A DNA stretch of 64,000 nucleotides from an uncultured Gammaproteobacteria bacterium (GTDB lineage Bacteria > Pseudomonadota > Gammaproteobacteria > Steroidobacterales > JBCBZW01): the NCBI GenBank assembly GCA_965369325.1, contig CBDUQI010000007.1, positions 92-64,091 of the forward strand, written 5' to 3'. A program made the position numbers and the translations under genes. Shown piece by piece: positions 46,389 to 55,116 of this stretch; position 1 is the first letter of the stretch; each line of letters begins with the position of its first letter. Below the pieces are notes generated by a model, which was not told the origin of the DNA, did no database searches, and saw only the letters and a program-made list of their open reading frames with translations.

Positions 46389-47545
46389 CTGCCCCGCCCA
46401 AAGCCATCCGCACCCAATCGGCCGTCGCTACGCCTCACTTCGAACGTCACCACTTTGTTGGCAAACGGCGTACCGTCTGCGCGCGTCAAACGCACGGCCA
46501 GCGGGTCGGGTAGCATCGTATTTACTTGTGTTTCTTGATGGTTTCCCAATGCCACCTCCAGCCAGGGGCTGTCCACAGGTACTGGCACTTGGAGGACAGT
46601 AACGTTCGCGATTGCGCGATTGCCAACCGCGTCTACCGCTTCAACGAGTAAGATTGTGTCGGCACCGGGGGTCAACGGGACATTTCGAGCCAAAAAGGTG
46701 CCGTTGGTGCCGATTCCGGCGTCCACTTCGGCACTTATCCCGTTCACCGACACCGCGAGGCCCATAAAACCGCTGAGCAGATCGCTGACTCTGCCGACGA
46801 CATCTGTCGTGAGATTAATGATTTCCCCGCCATCTAGCGGTGTATCCACATGTACCATCGGCGGCGAACTGTCCTGGACCACCGTGGCCATGGTCGTGGC
46901 GCTACGTTCACCGTCTGCGGCAATCGCCGTTACCGAAAGCTGGTTTCTCATGTTTGTGGTAAGCGCCACTTCAGCTTCGAAACGTCCGTCCGATACATCG
47001 GATGTGCTACTGGCCGTCGGCGTTACAATTTGAACCGTTTCTGAGCGCGGCGCTGTCCCGCGAAGAGTTATCGTAGTATCCGCGGTGATCTGGGGGGGCG
47101 CGTCGAGCGCGACGGGCGAAGGGACGAAGCTTACTGACCACAGCAGGTCCGCCTCGTCGAAACTGCCACTGCGGTCGTGTATCACACGAAAGACCTGTTG
47201 CGATTGTCTAATACTGCCCGCCGGCGAATCGCCAAACGTCAACCGACTCGGGCCGGCCTGCGATAAGAACGGAGATGCGAGAGTCAGATCCGCGACCACG
47301 TTACGTGCATCTTCGCCGGTGTTGGTCAGCTGCGCACTGTACGTGAGCTCCACCGAATAGCGGTCGAGTCGTTCTTGTTCAAGCAATACGTAATTGCCCA
47401 CCGTGAGATCGGAAAGCTCATTGCGGACAGATTTTCCGTCCCGGATCGAGGCCTCACTTCCCGCGCCCGGAATTGGATCGCAGTACACACCTGTGCTGGC
47501 CAAGACCGCAGCGATCGCGAGCGTTGCTTTCACCAACAGGTTCAT
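46298..47545 (-). CDS. N-terminal 415-aa portion of the same giant exported Ig-like repeat protein
   Basis: Signal peptide MNLLVKATLAIAAVLASTGVYC, then Ig-like repeats. The last 30 codons look non-protein-like, consistent with reading past a frameshift. Confidence 0.6.
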   Translation of the reverse strand: MNLLVKATLAIAAVLASTGVYCDPIPGAGSEASIRDGKSVRNELSDLTVGNYVLLEQERLDRYSVELTYSAQLTNTGEDARNVVADLTLASPFLSQAGPSRLTFGDSPAGSIRQSQQVFRVIHDRSGSFDEADLLWSVSFVPSPVALDAPPQITADTTITLRGTAPRSETVQIVTPTASSTSDVSDGRFEAEVALTTNMRNQLSVTAIAADGERSATTMATVVQDSSPPMVHVDTPLDGGEIINLTTDVVGRVSDLLSGFMGLAVSVNGISAEVDAGIGTNGTFLARNVPLTPGADTILLVEAVDAVGNRAIANVTVLQVPVPVDSPWLEVALGNHQETQVNTMLPDPLAVRLTRADGTPFANKVVTFEVRRSDGRLGADGFGRGRCYFNSARTPLARPERTCVSAVTPARATTG

Positions 47546-48165
47546 GCCGGATCAACGTCTGCGGCACCCGAATCAACGCCCAGTCGGAAAGGCGAAACGT
47601 CACGGACAGCTGACCGACAGCCGGTCCAAACGAGAAGCCCAATCGCGACTAGGGAAATCACCGTCGGCTCGTCTATGGGCGTCATACTCGCCAGCGTTGT
47701 TAATCCGGAGTCCAAGAGCGCAAAAGTGTTCGGATCGAATATTTCAAATACCTGCACGCCGGGCAAACTCGAGGAGTCCAGCCACAGGAACTCCACCGCG
47801 AAACCACTAAGGGTTTCATCAACCAGAACTCCACCGCTATTCGCGAGCGCATCGTAGGCAGCGGGGAGGCCGATACCGGAGCTGAGAATGATCTCATCCC
47901 AAGCGGCATCTATTACCGTGGAGGACGATATTGACAGTGATGCTTCATCATACAGCGCCGGGTCGAACCAGATGCTGAAAGATTCAATTGCGGTGCCAAG
48001 ACCAAGTGACCCGTCGTTTGTTAACGAGTACTCGTATCGGTACGAATCGCCGCCCAGTGAAATCAAATCCGCATCGATCACGATTGCATGAGCAGTGCCC
48101 GCTATACCTAAGGCGCAAGCAGTGAACGTCCGGGCCAAATTTGTGTTTATCATTGAGCGCTCCAA
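47542..48165 (-). CDS. exported protein with a weak PEP-CTERM-like C-terminal sorting segment
   Basis: Signal peptide (MINTNLARTFTACALGIAGTAHA). C-terminal IDEP + TVISLVAIGLLVWTG + CRS (47611-47679). 4-nt overlap with the next gene. Confidence 0.5.
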   Translation of the reverse strand: MERSMINTNLARTFTACALGIAGTAHAIVIDADLISLGGDSYRYEYSLTNDGSLGLGTAIESFSIWFDPALYDEASLSISSSTVIDAAWDEIILSSGIGLPAAYDALANSGGVLVDETLSGFAVEFLWLDSSSLPGVQVFEIFDPNTFALLDSGLTTLASMTPIDEPTVISLVAIGLLVWTGCRSAVRDVSPFRLGVDSGAADVDPA

Positions 48166-48190
48166 GCACTACCACTGTGTTCGCTGGGGA

Positions 48191-48856
48191 TCAAGATAGC
48201 AGTCGCCTTCCAAGGTGACTCGGCAAAATTTGTGATTCGTTCGTTGTCGCAGGCGATTTACTTTGGCTTCGTTGATCACCTATCTGCTGACGGAACACCC
48301 GCGGGCACAGACCTGTGAAACGACGAAACGCCCGTTCGAAGGTCCGAAGATCGCCAAAGCCGACGTCATGTGCAATCGTGGTGATCGTCAGATCTGTGCT
48401 CATTAGCTCGATGGCACGCTGTATCCGCAGATCGCTTAGCCACCGTTTGAATGTCATCCCGGTATGTTGCTTGAAGTAACGCGAGAAGTAGGTTTTCTCG
48501 AGCCCCGCCACTCTGGCGGCTACCGCAAGATTGAGATGGTCGGCATAATGATCGTGGACAAATCGAATAACGCGATTTAGGCGAGGGCATCCGGAACCTC
48601 CCAGGGCAAGTTCAAGTAGATTTTTTGTCGCCACACCGCCCCCTTTACACGCCACCCTCAACGCCCGAACACAGGCGAGCAGCTCATTGCGCGCTCGGCC
48701 GCTGGTCATTCTGGCGTCGCGGCTACTGAGCCACCACGCTGGGATATAGTGCAGTTTCGGGTAGCGATCTCGCACCCAGTTACACAGATCGGCTTTTGGG
48801 AGGCGGCATGCATTTACCTCGCTGAATGTCTCTGACTGGGGGTAATCTCTCCGCAC
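48191..48856 (-). CDS. AraC-family transcriptional regulator (short N-terminal domain)
   Basis: C-terminal double HTH: LNLAVAARVAGLEKTYFSRYFKQHTGMTFKRWLSDLRIQRAIELM...IAHDVGFGDLRTFERAFRRFTG. Confidence 0.8.
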   Translation of the reverse strand: MRRDYPQSETFSEVNACRLPKADLCNWVRDRYPKLHYIPAWWLSSRDARMTSGRARNELLACVRALRVACKGGGVATKNLLELALGGSGCPRLNRVIRFVHDHYADHLNLAVAARVAGLEKTYFSRYFKQHTGMTFKRWLSDLRIQRAIELMSTDLTITTIAHDVGFGDLRTFERAFRRFTGLCPRVFRQQIGDQRSQSKSPATTNESQILPSHLGRRLLS

Positions 48857-48866
48857 ATCTGTCGCT

Positions 48867-48947
48867 CATCGAACATTCGATGCGTTATTATCTAAGATCG
48901 GGATTTTTCAACGCGCTGCTAGACCAGCGGCGATCGAATCTAGCAGC
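48867..48947. promoter_or_regulatory. two inverted repeats in the AraC / UPF0261 divergent intergenic region
   Basis: CATCGAA-N2-TTCGATG (48867-48882) and GCTGCTAGA-N15-TCTAGCAGC (48915-48947). Confidence 0.25.
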
Positions 48948-48983
48948 AACAGACGCTTAATCGCCCAAAGCAGGAAATACTTC

Positions 48984-50222
48984 ATGAACAAGACGGTAAA
49001 GGTGCTGGTCATCGGCACCTACGACACCAAGTCTGATGAACTCGAATACCTCGCACAAAAGATTAAATCGCAGGGCGGTGTCGTTGTCTGCATGGACGTT
49101 GGCGTACTGGGAGATCCGAAAGGTGCAGTCGACCACAGCAAACACGCGGTTGCCGAGTCGGCGGGCAGTACGATCGAGAAAATTGTCGCGCTGGGTGATG
49201 AGAACTCTGCAATGCAGGTGATGGCCGAAGGCGCGTCTGCATTGACACGAAAGCTGCACGCGTCCGGCGAGATAAATGCCATGATCGCGCTGGGCGGCAC
49301 CATGGGGACCGATCTGGCGCTCGATTGCGCCCAGGCGTTGCCGATGGGCGTGCCCAAGTACGTAGTATCGACGGTGTCGTATTCGCCGATTATCAATGCC
49401 GGGCGGCTGGCGGCCGATGTGCAGATGATTCTGTGGGCCGGCGGCCTCTACGGACTGAACAGCCTGTGCAAGTCCTCGCTAAGTCAGGCGGCTGGCGCGG
49501 TCGTGGGCGCGGCCCGGGCGGCAGAGCCGCCTCAGTTCGACCGACCCGTGGTAGGCATGACTAGTCTCGGCAAGTCGTGCCTGAGTTACATGGTGACGCT
49601 CAAGCCAGAACTCGAGCGGCGCGGTTTTGAGGTCGCGGTTTTTCACGCGACAGGGATGGGTGGGCGTGCCTTTGAGAGCCTCGCCGCACAGGGCTCGTTT
49701 GCGGTCGTCATGGATTTCGCCCTGCCGGAACTTGGCAATCTCATCAACGGCTCCATCATCAACGGCGGCCGGAGTCGAATGATGAACGCCGGTCGCCAGG
49801 GCATTCCCCAGCTAGTCGCGCCGGGGTGCGTGGACCTCATCGATCTGCCCACATGGCAGGAGGTGCCGGAGAAATTCAGCGACCGACCCTACCATGCGCA
49901 CAACCGACTGATTGCCTCCGTCGCGCTAAACCTGCAGGAACGTCGAGCGACGGCGAGGGCCATCGGTGAGCGACTGCACAAGGCGACGGCACCGGTGCAC
50001 CTGGTGCTTCCGAACCTCGGCATCGAAGAGTGGGATCGTGAAGGCGGCGACGCGCACGATCCTCAGGGCCTCGCCGCGTTCCTCGACGAGATGCGCAGCG
50101 CGATTCGCCCGCCCATCGCGATGACCGAGATCGACGCGCATATCAACGACCCGGCGTTCTGTGCAACCGTGCTTGAGATCTTCGACGGCTGGGTTGCCGA
50201 CGGAACCGTCACCAAGCGATAA
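48984..50222 (+). CDS. UPF0261 / Tm-1-like ATP-binding domain protein
   Basis: 412 aa. Family-typical N-terminus KVLVIGTYDTKSDELEYL and GGTMGTDL segments (recognised from memory of the family). Confidence 0.75.
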   Translation: MNKTVKVLVIGTYDTKSDELEYLAQKIKSQGGVVVCMDVGVLGDPKGAVDHSKHAVAESAGSTIEKIVALGDENSAMQVMAEGASALTRKLHASGEINAMIALGGTMGTDLALDCAQALPMGVPKYVVSTVSYSPIINAGRLAADVQMILWAGGLYGLNSLCKSSLSQAAGAVVGAARAAEPPQFDRPVVGMTSLGKSCLSYMVTLKPELERRGFEVAVFHATGMGGRAFESLAAQGSFAVVMDFALPELGNLINGSIINGGRSRMMNAGRQGIPQLVAPGCVDLIDLPTWQEVPEKFSDRPYHAHNRLIASVALNLQERRATARAIGERLHKATAPVHLVLPNLGIEEWDREGGDAHDPQGLAAFLDEMRSAIRPPIAMTEIDAHINDPAFCATVLEIFDGWVADGTVTKR

Positions 50223-50255
50223 CATGAATACTCGACAACGCAAAGCGGGATCAAC

Positions 50256-52307
50256 GTGAGCACCACCAATCGTTATGACATCCTTTTCGAGCCGGTAAGG
50301 ATCGGCCCAGTGTTCGCGCCCAACCGGTTTTATTCCGTGCCGCACGCAACCGGTCACTCGGCGCTGATGCCCAATGGATCCATTGGTATTCGCGAGATGA
50401 AAGCGCGGGGCGGATGGGGCGTGGTGAGCATGCAGTTGGCCGAAATCGATCCGACTTCGGACATCTCCAACTTGCCCCTGGAAAAATTCTGGAACCAGAG
50501 CGATGTTCGCGCCCACGCGCACATGATTGAGAAAGTGAAAGCGCACGGGGCGATCACTGCGGTGGAACTCGGCCACACAGGGCTGCGCTCACGTAATCTC
50601 GCGACTGGCTATCCACCGATGGCTCCCTCCTCGCTACCAATCCTCAAACCCGTCGTCCCGGTGCATGCCAAGGCGATGACGAAGGCCGACATCCGTGAGT
50701 TCCGCCTTAGCCATCGCAAAGCCGTTCGGCGAGCCGTCCAGGCCGGTTACGACATTGTTTACGTCTACGCGGCCCACGAGGCCTCGCTGCTCTCGCACTT
50801 CCTGAATCCGGCGCTTAACCACCGCTGCGATGAATACGGTGGCTCCCTAAAAAACCGTGTACGTCTGATTCGGGAAGTGCTCGAAGACGCACACGATGAA
50901 GTCGCCGGCGAAGTGGCGATCGCCATTCGGTTTGCCGTACACAACCCCGACTCCGGCAGCGCGCTAAAGAGCGATGGGGAGGGTTACGAGGCGGTGGAGA
51001 TGCTCGCCGATCTGCCGGATCTGTGGGACGTCAACATCACCGGCTGGTCCAACGATAGCGGCACGTCGAAGTTCGATGATGAAGGTTTCCAGGACGAGTT
51101 CACGGCATTCCTCAGGACGTTAACTGCAAAACCAGTCGTGGGCGTAGGCCGGTACACCACGCCCGACCGCATGGTCAGCATGGTGAAAAAGGGACACCTG
51201 GACTTCATCGGCGCAGCACGACCCTCAATCGCCGACCCCTATCTGCCGAACAAAATCCGCGAAGGACGCATTGAGGACATTCGTGAGTGTATCGGCTGCA
51301 ATATTTGCGCGGCCCACGACGCCTACTCCGTCCCGATTCGTTGCACGCAGAACCCGACGATCAGCGAGGAGTGGCGGCGCAACTGGCACCCAGAAGAGGT
51401 CCCCGCCACCAGCGCACCTGAGTCGATACTGGTTATCGGCAGCGGCCCCGCCGCAATGGAATGTGCGTTAACGCTTGGCCGGGCTGGGCATGAAGTCACT
51501 ATCGCCGAAAAACAAAACGAGCTGGGCGGCCGCGTCAGACGGGAGAGCGAACTGCCTGGCCTCGCCGCCTGGCGTCGGGTGATCGATTATCGGCTTTACC
51601 AACTGCGCCAGATGGACAAGGTCAACATCTACCCCGGCAGCGAGGTGGATGTGGGAATGGCAACCGAGTTCGGCGCCGACCACATCGTGGTGGCGACGGG
51701 TGCATCATGGCGACGCGACGGCGTGGGCAGTACTAACTACGCGGGGTTCGACTGGCTCGATCAGCTCAACGTCTACACGCCGGATGACATCCTCGCCGGC
51801 CAGTTGCCCTCCGGCCCGGTCTTGGTCTACGACGACGACCACTACTACATGGGCGCTGTGATCGCCGAGAAGCTGGCGCTGGCGGGACGCGCAGTCAGCA
51901 TCGTCTGCCCGCTGCCGACACTGGCTTCCTGGACCAACTACACGATGGAGCAATCACGCTACGTCACTAGGTTGCACAGCCTTAACGTCAACATGCACTC
52001 CGGCTGTTACCTCACAAGAAGCGACGACGGCGGGTTAGAAGTCCGGCGCGGCGATATCAGCGAGGTGGTACACCGGCTGGCGATCAAAAGCCTGGTCCTG
52101 GTCACAGCGCAACAGGGCTCGACCGCGCTTGCCGATGCGTTGACGGACAACCTTGGCGAGACGAAGGTGACGGCCATTGGTGACTGCATTGCGCCAGGCA
52201 CCATCCAGGCCGCCGTATTCGCCGGTCATCTCGCCGCGCGTGAACTGCTTGGCCACGAACCTGACGACCGAGTTTACCGACGCGAAGAAGCGATACTGCG
52301 TATCTAG
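50256..52307 (+). CDS. trimethylamine/dimethylamine/histamine-dehydrogenase-family flavoprotein (OYE-like FMN domain + 4Fe-4S + ADP-binding domains)
   Basis: 683 aa. YDILFEPVRIGP...RFYSVPHATG, GYDIVYVYAAHE, DEYGGSLKNR, ARPSIADPYLPNKI, CIGCNICA...CTQNP, VIGSGPAAMECA. Close N-to-C resemblance to TMADH as I remember it. Confidence 0.8.
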   Translation: MSTTNRYDILFEPVRIGPVFAPNRFYSVPHATGHSALMPNGSIGIREMKARGGWGVVSMQLAEIDPTSDISNLPLEKFWNQSDVRAHAHMIEKVKAHGAITAVELGHTGLRSRNLATGYPPMAPSSLPILKPVVPVHAKAMTKADIREFRLSHRKAVRRAVQAGYDIVYVYAAHEASLLSHFLNPALNHRCDEYGGSLKNRVRLIREVLEDAHDEVAGEVAIAIRFAVHNPDSGSALKSDGEGYEAVEMLADLPDLWDVNITGWSNDSGTSKFDDEGFQDEFTAFLRTLTAKPVVGVGRYTTPDRMVSMVKKGHLDFIGAARPSIADPYLPNKIREGRIEDIRECIGCNICAAHDAYSVPIRCTQNPTISEEWRRNWHPEEVPATSAPESILVIGSGPAAMECALTLGRAGHEVTIAEKQNELGGRVRRESELPGLAAWRRVIDYRLYQLRQMDKVNIYPGSEVDVGMATEFGADHIVVATGASWRRDGVGSTNYAGFDWLDQLNVYTPDDILAGQLPSGPVLVYDDDHYYMGAVIAEKLALAGRAVSIVCPLPTLASWTNYTMEQSRYVTRLHSLNVNMHSGCYLTRSDDGGLEVRRGDISEVVHRLAIKSLVLVTAQQGSTALADALTDNLGETKVTAIGDCIAPGTIQAAVFAGHLAARELLGHEPDDRVYRREEAILRI

Positions 52308-52387
52308 ACTAGGGTTGTCTTCGCAGGATCGAGTGGCACCCCGAACTTGTTAGGCTCGTCAAAACACCATGCCGACCTATCAGCAAC

Positions 52388-53359
52388 TCACGCGTAGCCG
52401 TAGAAGGCACTGACATCCAGCATGTCCTGTACTACCGGCTCTCCTTGAGTTAGGGGCGAGTAGAGTGGATCCAGCGAGCGATGACGATACAGTGTATCCG
52501 TCGGCGCCGACTGGCCCTGCGGCTGGTAGTCGCTGGTCGGATTGTTGATCTGCCAGATCGCCCATATGCGGTCCACATTGCAGTGATTCAGGAAGAACAC
52601 CGGATCGTTGGGTGATGTTCCCGGCAGCATGTCGCCGCCGACCCAGACATGCACAAGATTGTGCGTCATCGGCGCCTGGGCAGCTGGCACCCACCCTTCC
52701 ATACGATTCCGGAAGGCGTCGGACGAGGCGTCCCAGTTCGGGCGATCGTAAACTGGATCAGCGAGGGCGCTGTCTACGTGCGCCGTTCGCGGCAGGCGCG
52801 GCGCAGATCTCCCGAATTGTCTGCGCAAGCCTCGGTCGGTGGCGCGCAATTGGCCGTTTGGATCCTGCTCGACGTTGACGACGAAGTCCGCTTTGGTGAA
52901 TGGACCATCGGCAACCTCATCGCCCACCAACTGACCGTCACCGCCGACGACACGCCAGATGGGTGCGGTACGGCGCTGTTGAGTAAGTGTAAGGTCGCCC
53001 CCATCCGCCGTCCAGTCCCAGTAAGGCATCCCGAAGTCGTCGGGACCCAATCCCAACACCCGCTGCATCTGCCGCTCGAGTGAAAGCAGGTACCAGCGAT
53101 GCCACGGGAGGAAGACGGGTCCCATGTGAGCCGCGTTGCGGCTGCTGCCGTTCGACATCACACTCATGGCCCAGGAATGCCAAATGACGAAAAGGTCCCA
53201 GGTGGACAACGCGCGTGTACCAGCCAAAGGTCCTGCGTTAATGCCGATGTCCGACGTCGACATCCCGGACTGCTCCAGCTTCAGTCGCCTACATGATTCG
53301 ATAAATCGGTCGCGGTCCTGATCGTTCTGCAATATGTTACGTCGTGTTGCTACCATCAA
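52388..53359 (-). CDS. tyrosinase (type-3 copper protein)
   Basis: 323 aa. CuA region HSWAM...HMGPVFLPWHRWYLL. CuB region HNLVHVWVGGDM...SPNDPVFFLNHCNVDRIW. No signal peptide. Confidence 0.9.
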   Translation of the reverse strand: MMVATRRNILQNDQDRDRFIESCRRLKLEQSGMSTSDIGINAGPLAGTRALSTWDLFVIWHSWAMSVMSNGSSRNAAHMGPVFLPWHRWYLLSLERQMQRVLGLGPDDFGMPYWDWTADGGDLTLTQQRRTAPIWRVVGGDGQLVGDEVADGPFTKADFVVNVEQDPNGQLRATDRGLRRQFGRSAPRLPRTAHVDSALADPVYDRPNWDASSDAFRNRMEGWVPAAQAPMTHNLVHVWVGGDMLPGTSPNDPVFFLNHCNVDRIWAIWQINNPTSDYQPQGQSAPTDTLYRHRSLDPLYSPLTQGEPVVQDMLDVSAFYGYA

Positions 53360-53949
53360 CCCATCTCCTGTTTGCTGGTGAGCGCCGGGAAATCGTCGGG
53401 AAAGGCGTCGATCACCTGCTTCATCAGCTCGAGCGCCGAGGCAGTCGTGTAGTTCGGCAAGCCGTGATAGTGCACGTTGCCATCATCGCTCACTCCCATG
53501 TGCGCTCCCAATGGCTCGCCATCGATCTGAACTTCGTACGACGTCTTGAGTCGGATAACGTGCCCTTTGTATTGCGCTGTACGAATTGAGGCATGAGCCT
53601 GTGAATCGTGTCTTTCACCGTGAGCTGCCGCCCGCTCAGTTTCGTACGTTCGCAGTACCGCCTCTTTGCGCAGCGGCCCCTCCGCCGACTGCCCAAGCGC
53701 GGCTGCCACGCTGATAACCGGGGCAAAGGCGTGTGCCGTGTGCCCCGCCGTAGGAGTCTTCACGGGCGGCGCCATAAGTGCAGTCGGGTCGGGGCGATAA
53801 ACGCTGGTAACCGTGTGGCGAAGCTCTTGCTTGCCGGCATCCCACCCGGTCGCCGTTTGAGCTTCGACCTGAGTCAGGTTGCAGGTGCAAGGAGGAGCGC
53901 AGCAACAAGGTTTGCAGCCGCAATACGGATTGAGACTATTAGATGTCAT
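53356..53949 (-). CDS. MelC1-like tyrosinase caddie/copper chaperone with an N-terminal Cys-rich extension
   Basis: C-terminal YKGHVIRLKTSYEVQIDGEPLGAHMGVSDDGNVHYHGLPNYTTASALELMKQVID parallels the Streptomyces MelC1 pattern (YKGRRI...V.VDG.EL.V....DGS......Y....T.....A..AVD). ATG 53949 follows GAGGG (track start 53982). 4-nt overlap with the tyrosinase start. Confidence 0.6.
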   Translation of the reverse strand: MTSNSLNPYCGCKPCCCAPPCTCNLTQVEAQTATGWDAGKQELRHTVTSVYRPDPTALMAPPVKTPTAGHTAHAFAPVISVAAALGQSAEGPLRKEAVLRTYETERAAAHGERHDSQAHASIRTAQYKGHVIRLKTSYEVQIDGEPLGAHMGVSDDGNVHYHGLPNYTTASALELMKQVIDAFPDDFPALTSKQEMG

Positions 53950-54111
53950 GAGTGTACCCTCGGATGTAGGCGATCGACGCACTTAACTTGTTAGTGTCCC
54001 GAATGATCCACTGTTCGCACATCACGGTCGTACCTCCCCCCCACACCACCGGAGGGCGAGGGCGTATCTCAAGATGTGGTGGATTGCGGCGGCATCGACT
54101 AGACTCGGGGA

Positions 54112-54996
54112 ATGGACGCAAGGTCTTTGTGGAACGCATTCGTCGATCTTTTCGGCGTTGTAGATTGGGGGGTATTTCTCCCAGCTACTTCAATAGTTTT
54201 GTCACTAGTGGCGCTAAGGATGTCGGCGAAAAACACCATGGAGGAGAAAGAACTTAGAGAACGTCAAACGAATGTCGAAATCGAGACAAAACTGTCGCGA
54301 GCATGGGATCTTCTAGGTGGCAACGTAGAATTCGAAAGCATCAGGGAATTCGCCAGCCGCCGTGACCTAAATGAGGCAAAACGGCTCATAAACGAGTGCA
54401 CCGTTCTAAATGATAGCTATGCTCCTTGTTTCCGGCATTGGGGCTTGTACCATCTAGGCTTACATCAATTCGAAAAAGCAGAAACCGCGTTTCGAAAAGC
54501 CATTGAAATGGACCCGGACCATGCGATGGCGTACGGCGACCTTGGCGTTACTCTCAATAAATTACACCGTTTCAAAGAAGCTGAAACAGCCTGCCGAAAG
54601 TACATTGAACTAGCCCCTGACCGCCCATTGGCGTATGTCCAACTTGGGGGAATTCTCGGTAATTTATCTCGTCCGAATGAAGCGAAAATGGCTTTCGAAA
54701 AAGCCACTGAACTCGACCCCGACTACGCGCTTGCCCATGCCAACCTTGGAGCTGCTCTCATTTCTTTACTCCGCTACGACGACGCTGAAATAGCTTACCG
54801 AAAATCTATTGAATTGGACCCGGACGTTTCGGCTGCGTACGCAAACCTTAGGGCCACTCTCCGCAAATTGGGCCGTCACGATGAGGCCGTATTAGTCGAT
54901 CCAAAGCCATTCGATTCTGATTTGTCGCCTGTAGTTCGTTCGAGCGGCGGGCACTACCACTCGGAAGGGGCTAGCCGTCTGCCGACGGAACGCTAG
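54112..54996 (+). CDS. membrane-anchored TPR-repeat protein
   Basis: 294 aa. N-terminal TM, then at least five 34-aa TPR units (AETAFRKAIEMDPDHAMAYGDLG, AETACRKYIELAPDRPLAYVQLG, AKMAFEKATELDPDYALAHANLG, AEIAYRKSIELDPDVSAAYANL). Visibly lower GC than its neighbours. Confidence 0.8.
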   Translation: MDARSLWNAFVDLFGVVDWGVFLPATSIVLSLVALRMSAKNTMEEKELRERQTNVEIETKLSRAWDLLGGNVEFESIREFASRRDLNEAKRLINECTVLNDSYAPCFRHWGLYHLGLHQFEKAETAFRKAIEMDPDHAMAYGDLGVTLNKLHRFKEAETACRKYIELAPDRPLAYVQLGGILGNLSRPNEAKMAFEKATELDPDYALAHANLGAALISLLRYDDAEIAYRKSIELDPDVSAAYANLRATLRKLGRHDEAVLVDPKPFDSDLSPVVRSSGGHYHSEGASRLPTER

Positions 54997-55116
54997 CTTC
55001 ACTGCGACCGGTCGCACAAGAAGATTCGAATGACTGAACGTGGCCGTTGACTTGGTACCACAAACGCGCGAAATCGGTCTATTAGTTGAAAAACTCCGTC
55101 AAGATTCAGCCATGAA

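Noticed and set aside
52308-55116. Searched the tyrosinase/TPR segment for an integrase, transposase, inverted terminal repeats or a tRNA target.
   Set aside because: None found. Only the palindrome TGCGACCGGTCGCA (about 55004-55017) follows the TPR gene. The insertion hypothesis therefore rests solely on the duplicated gene end.
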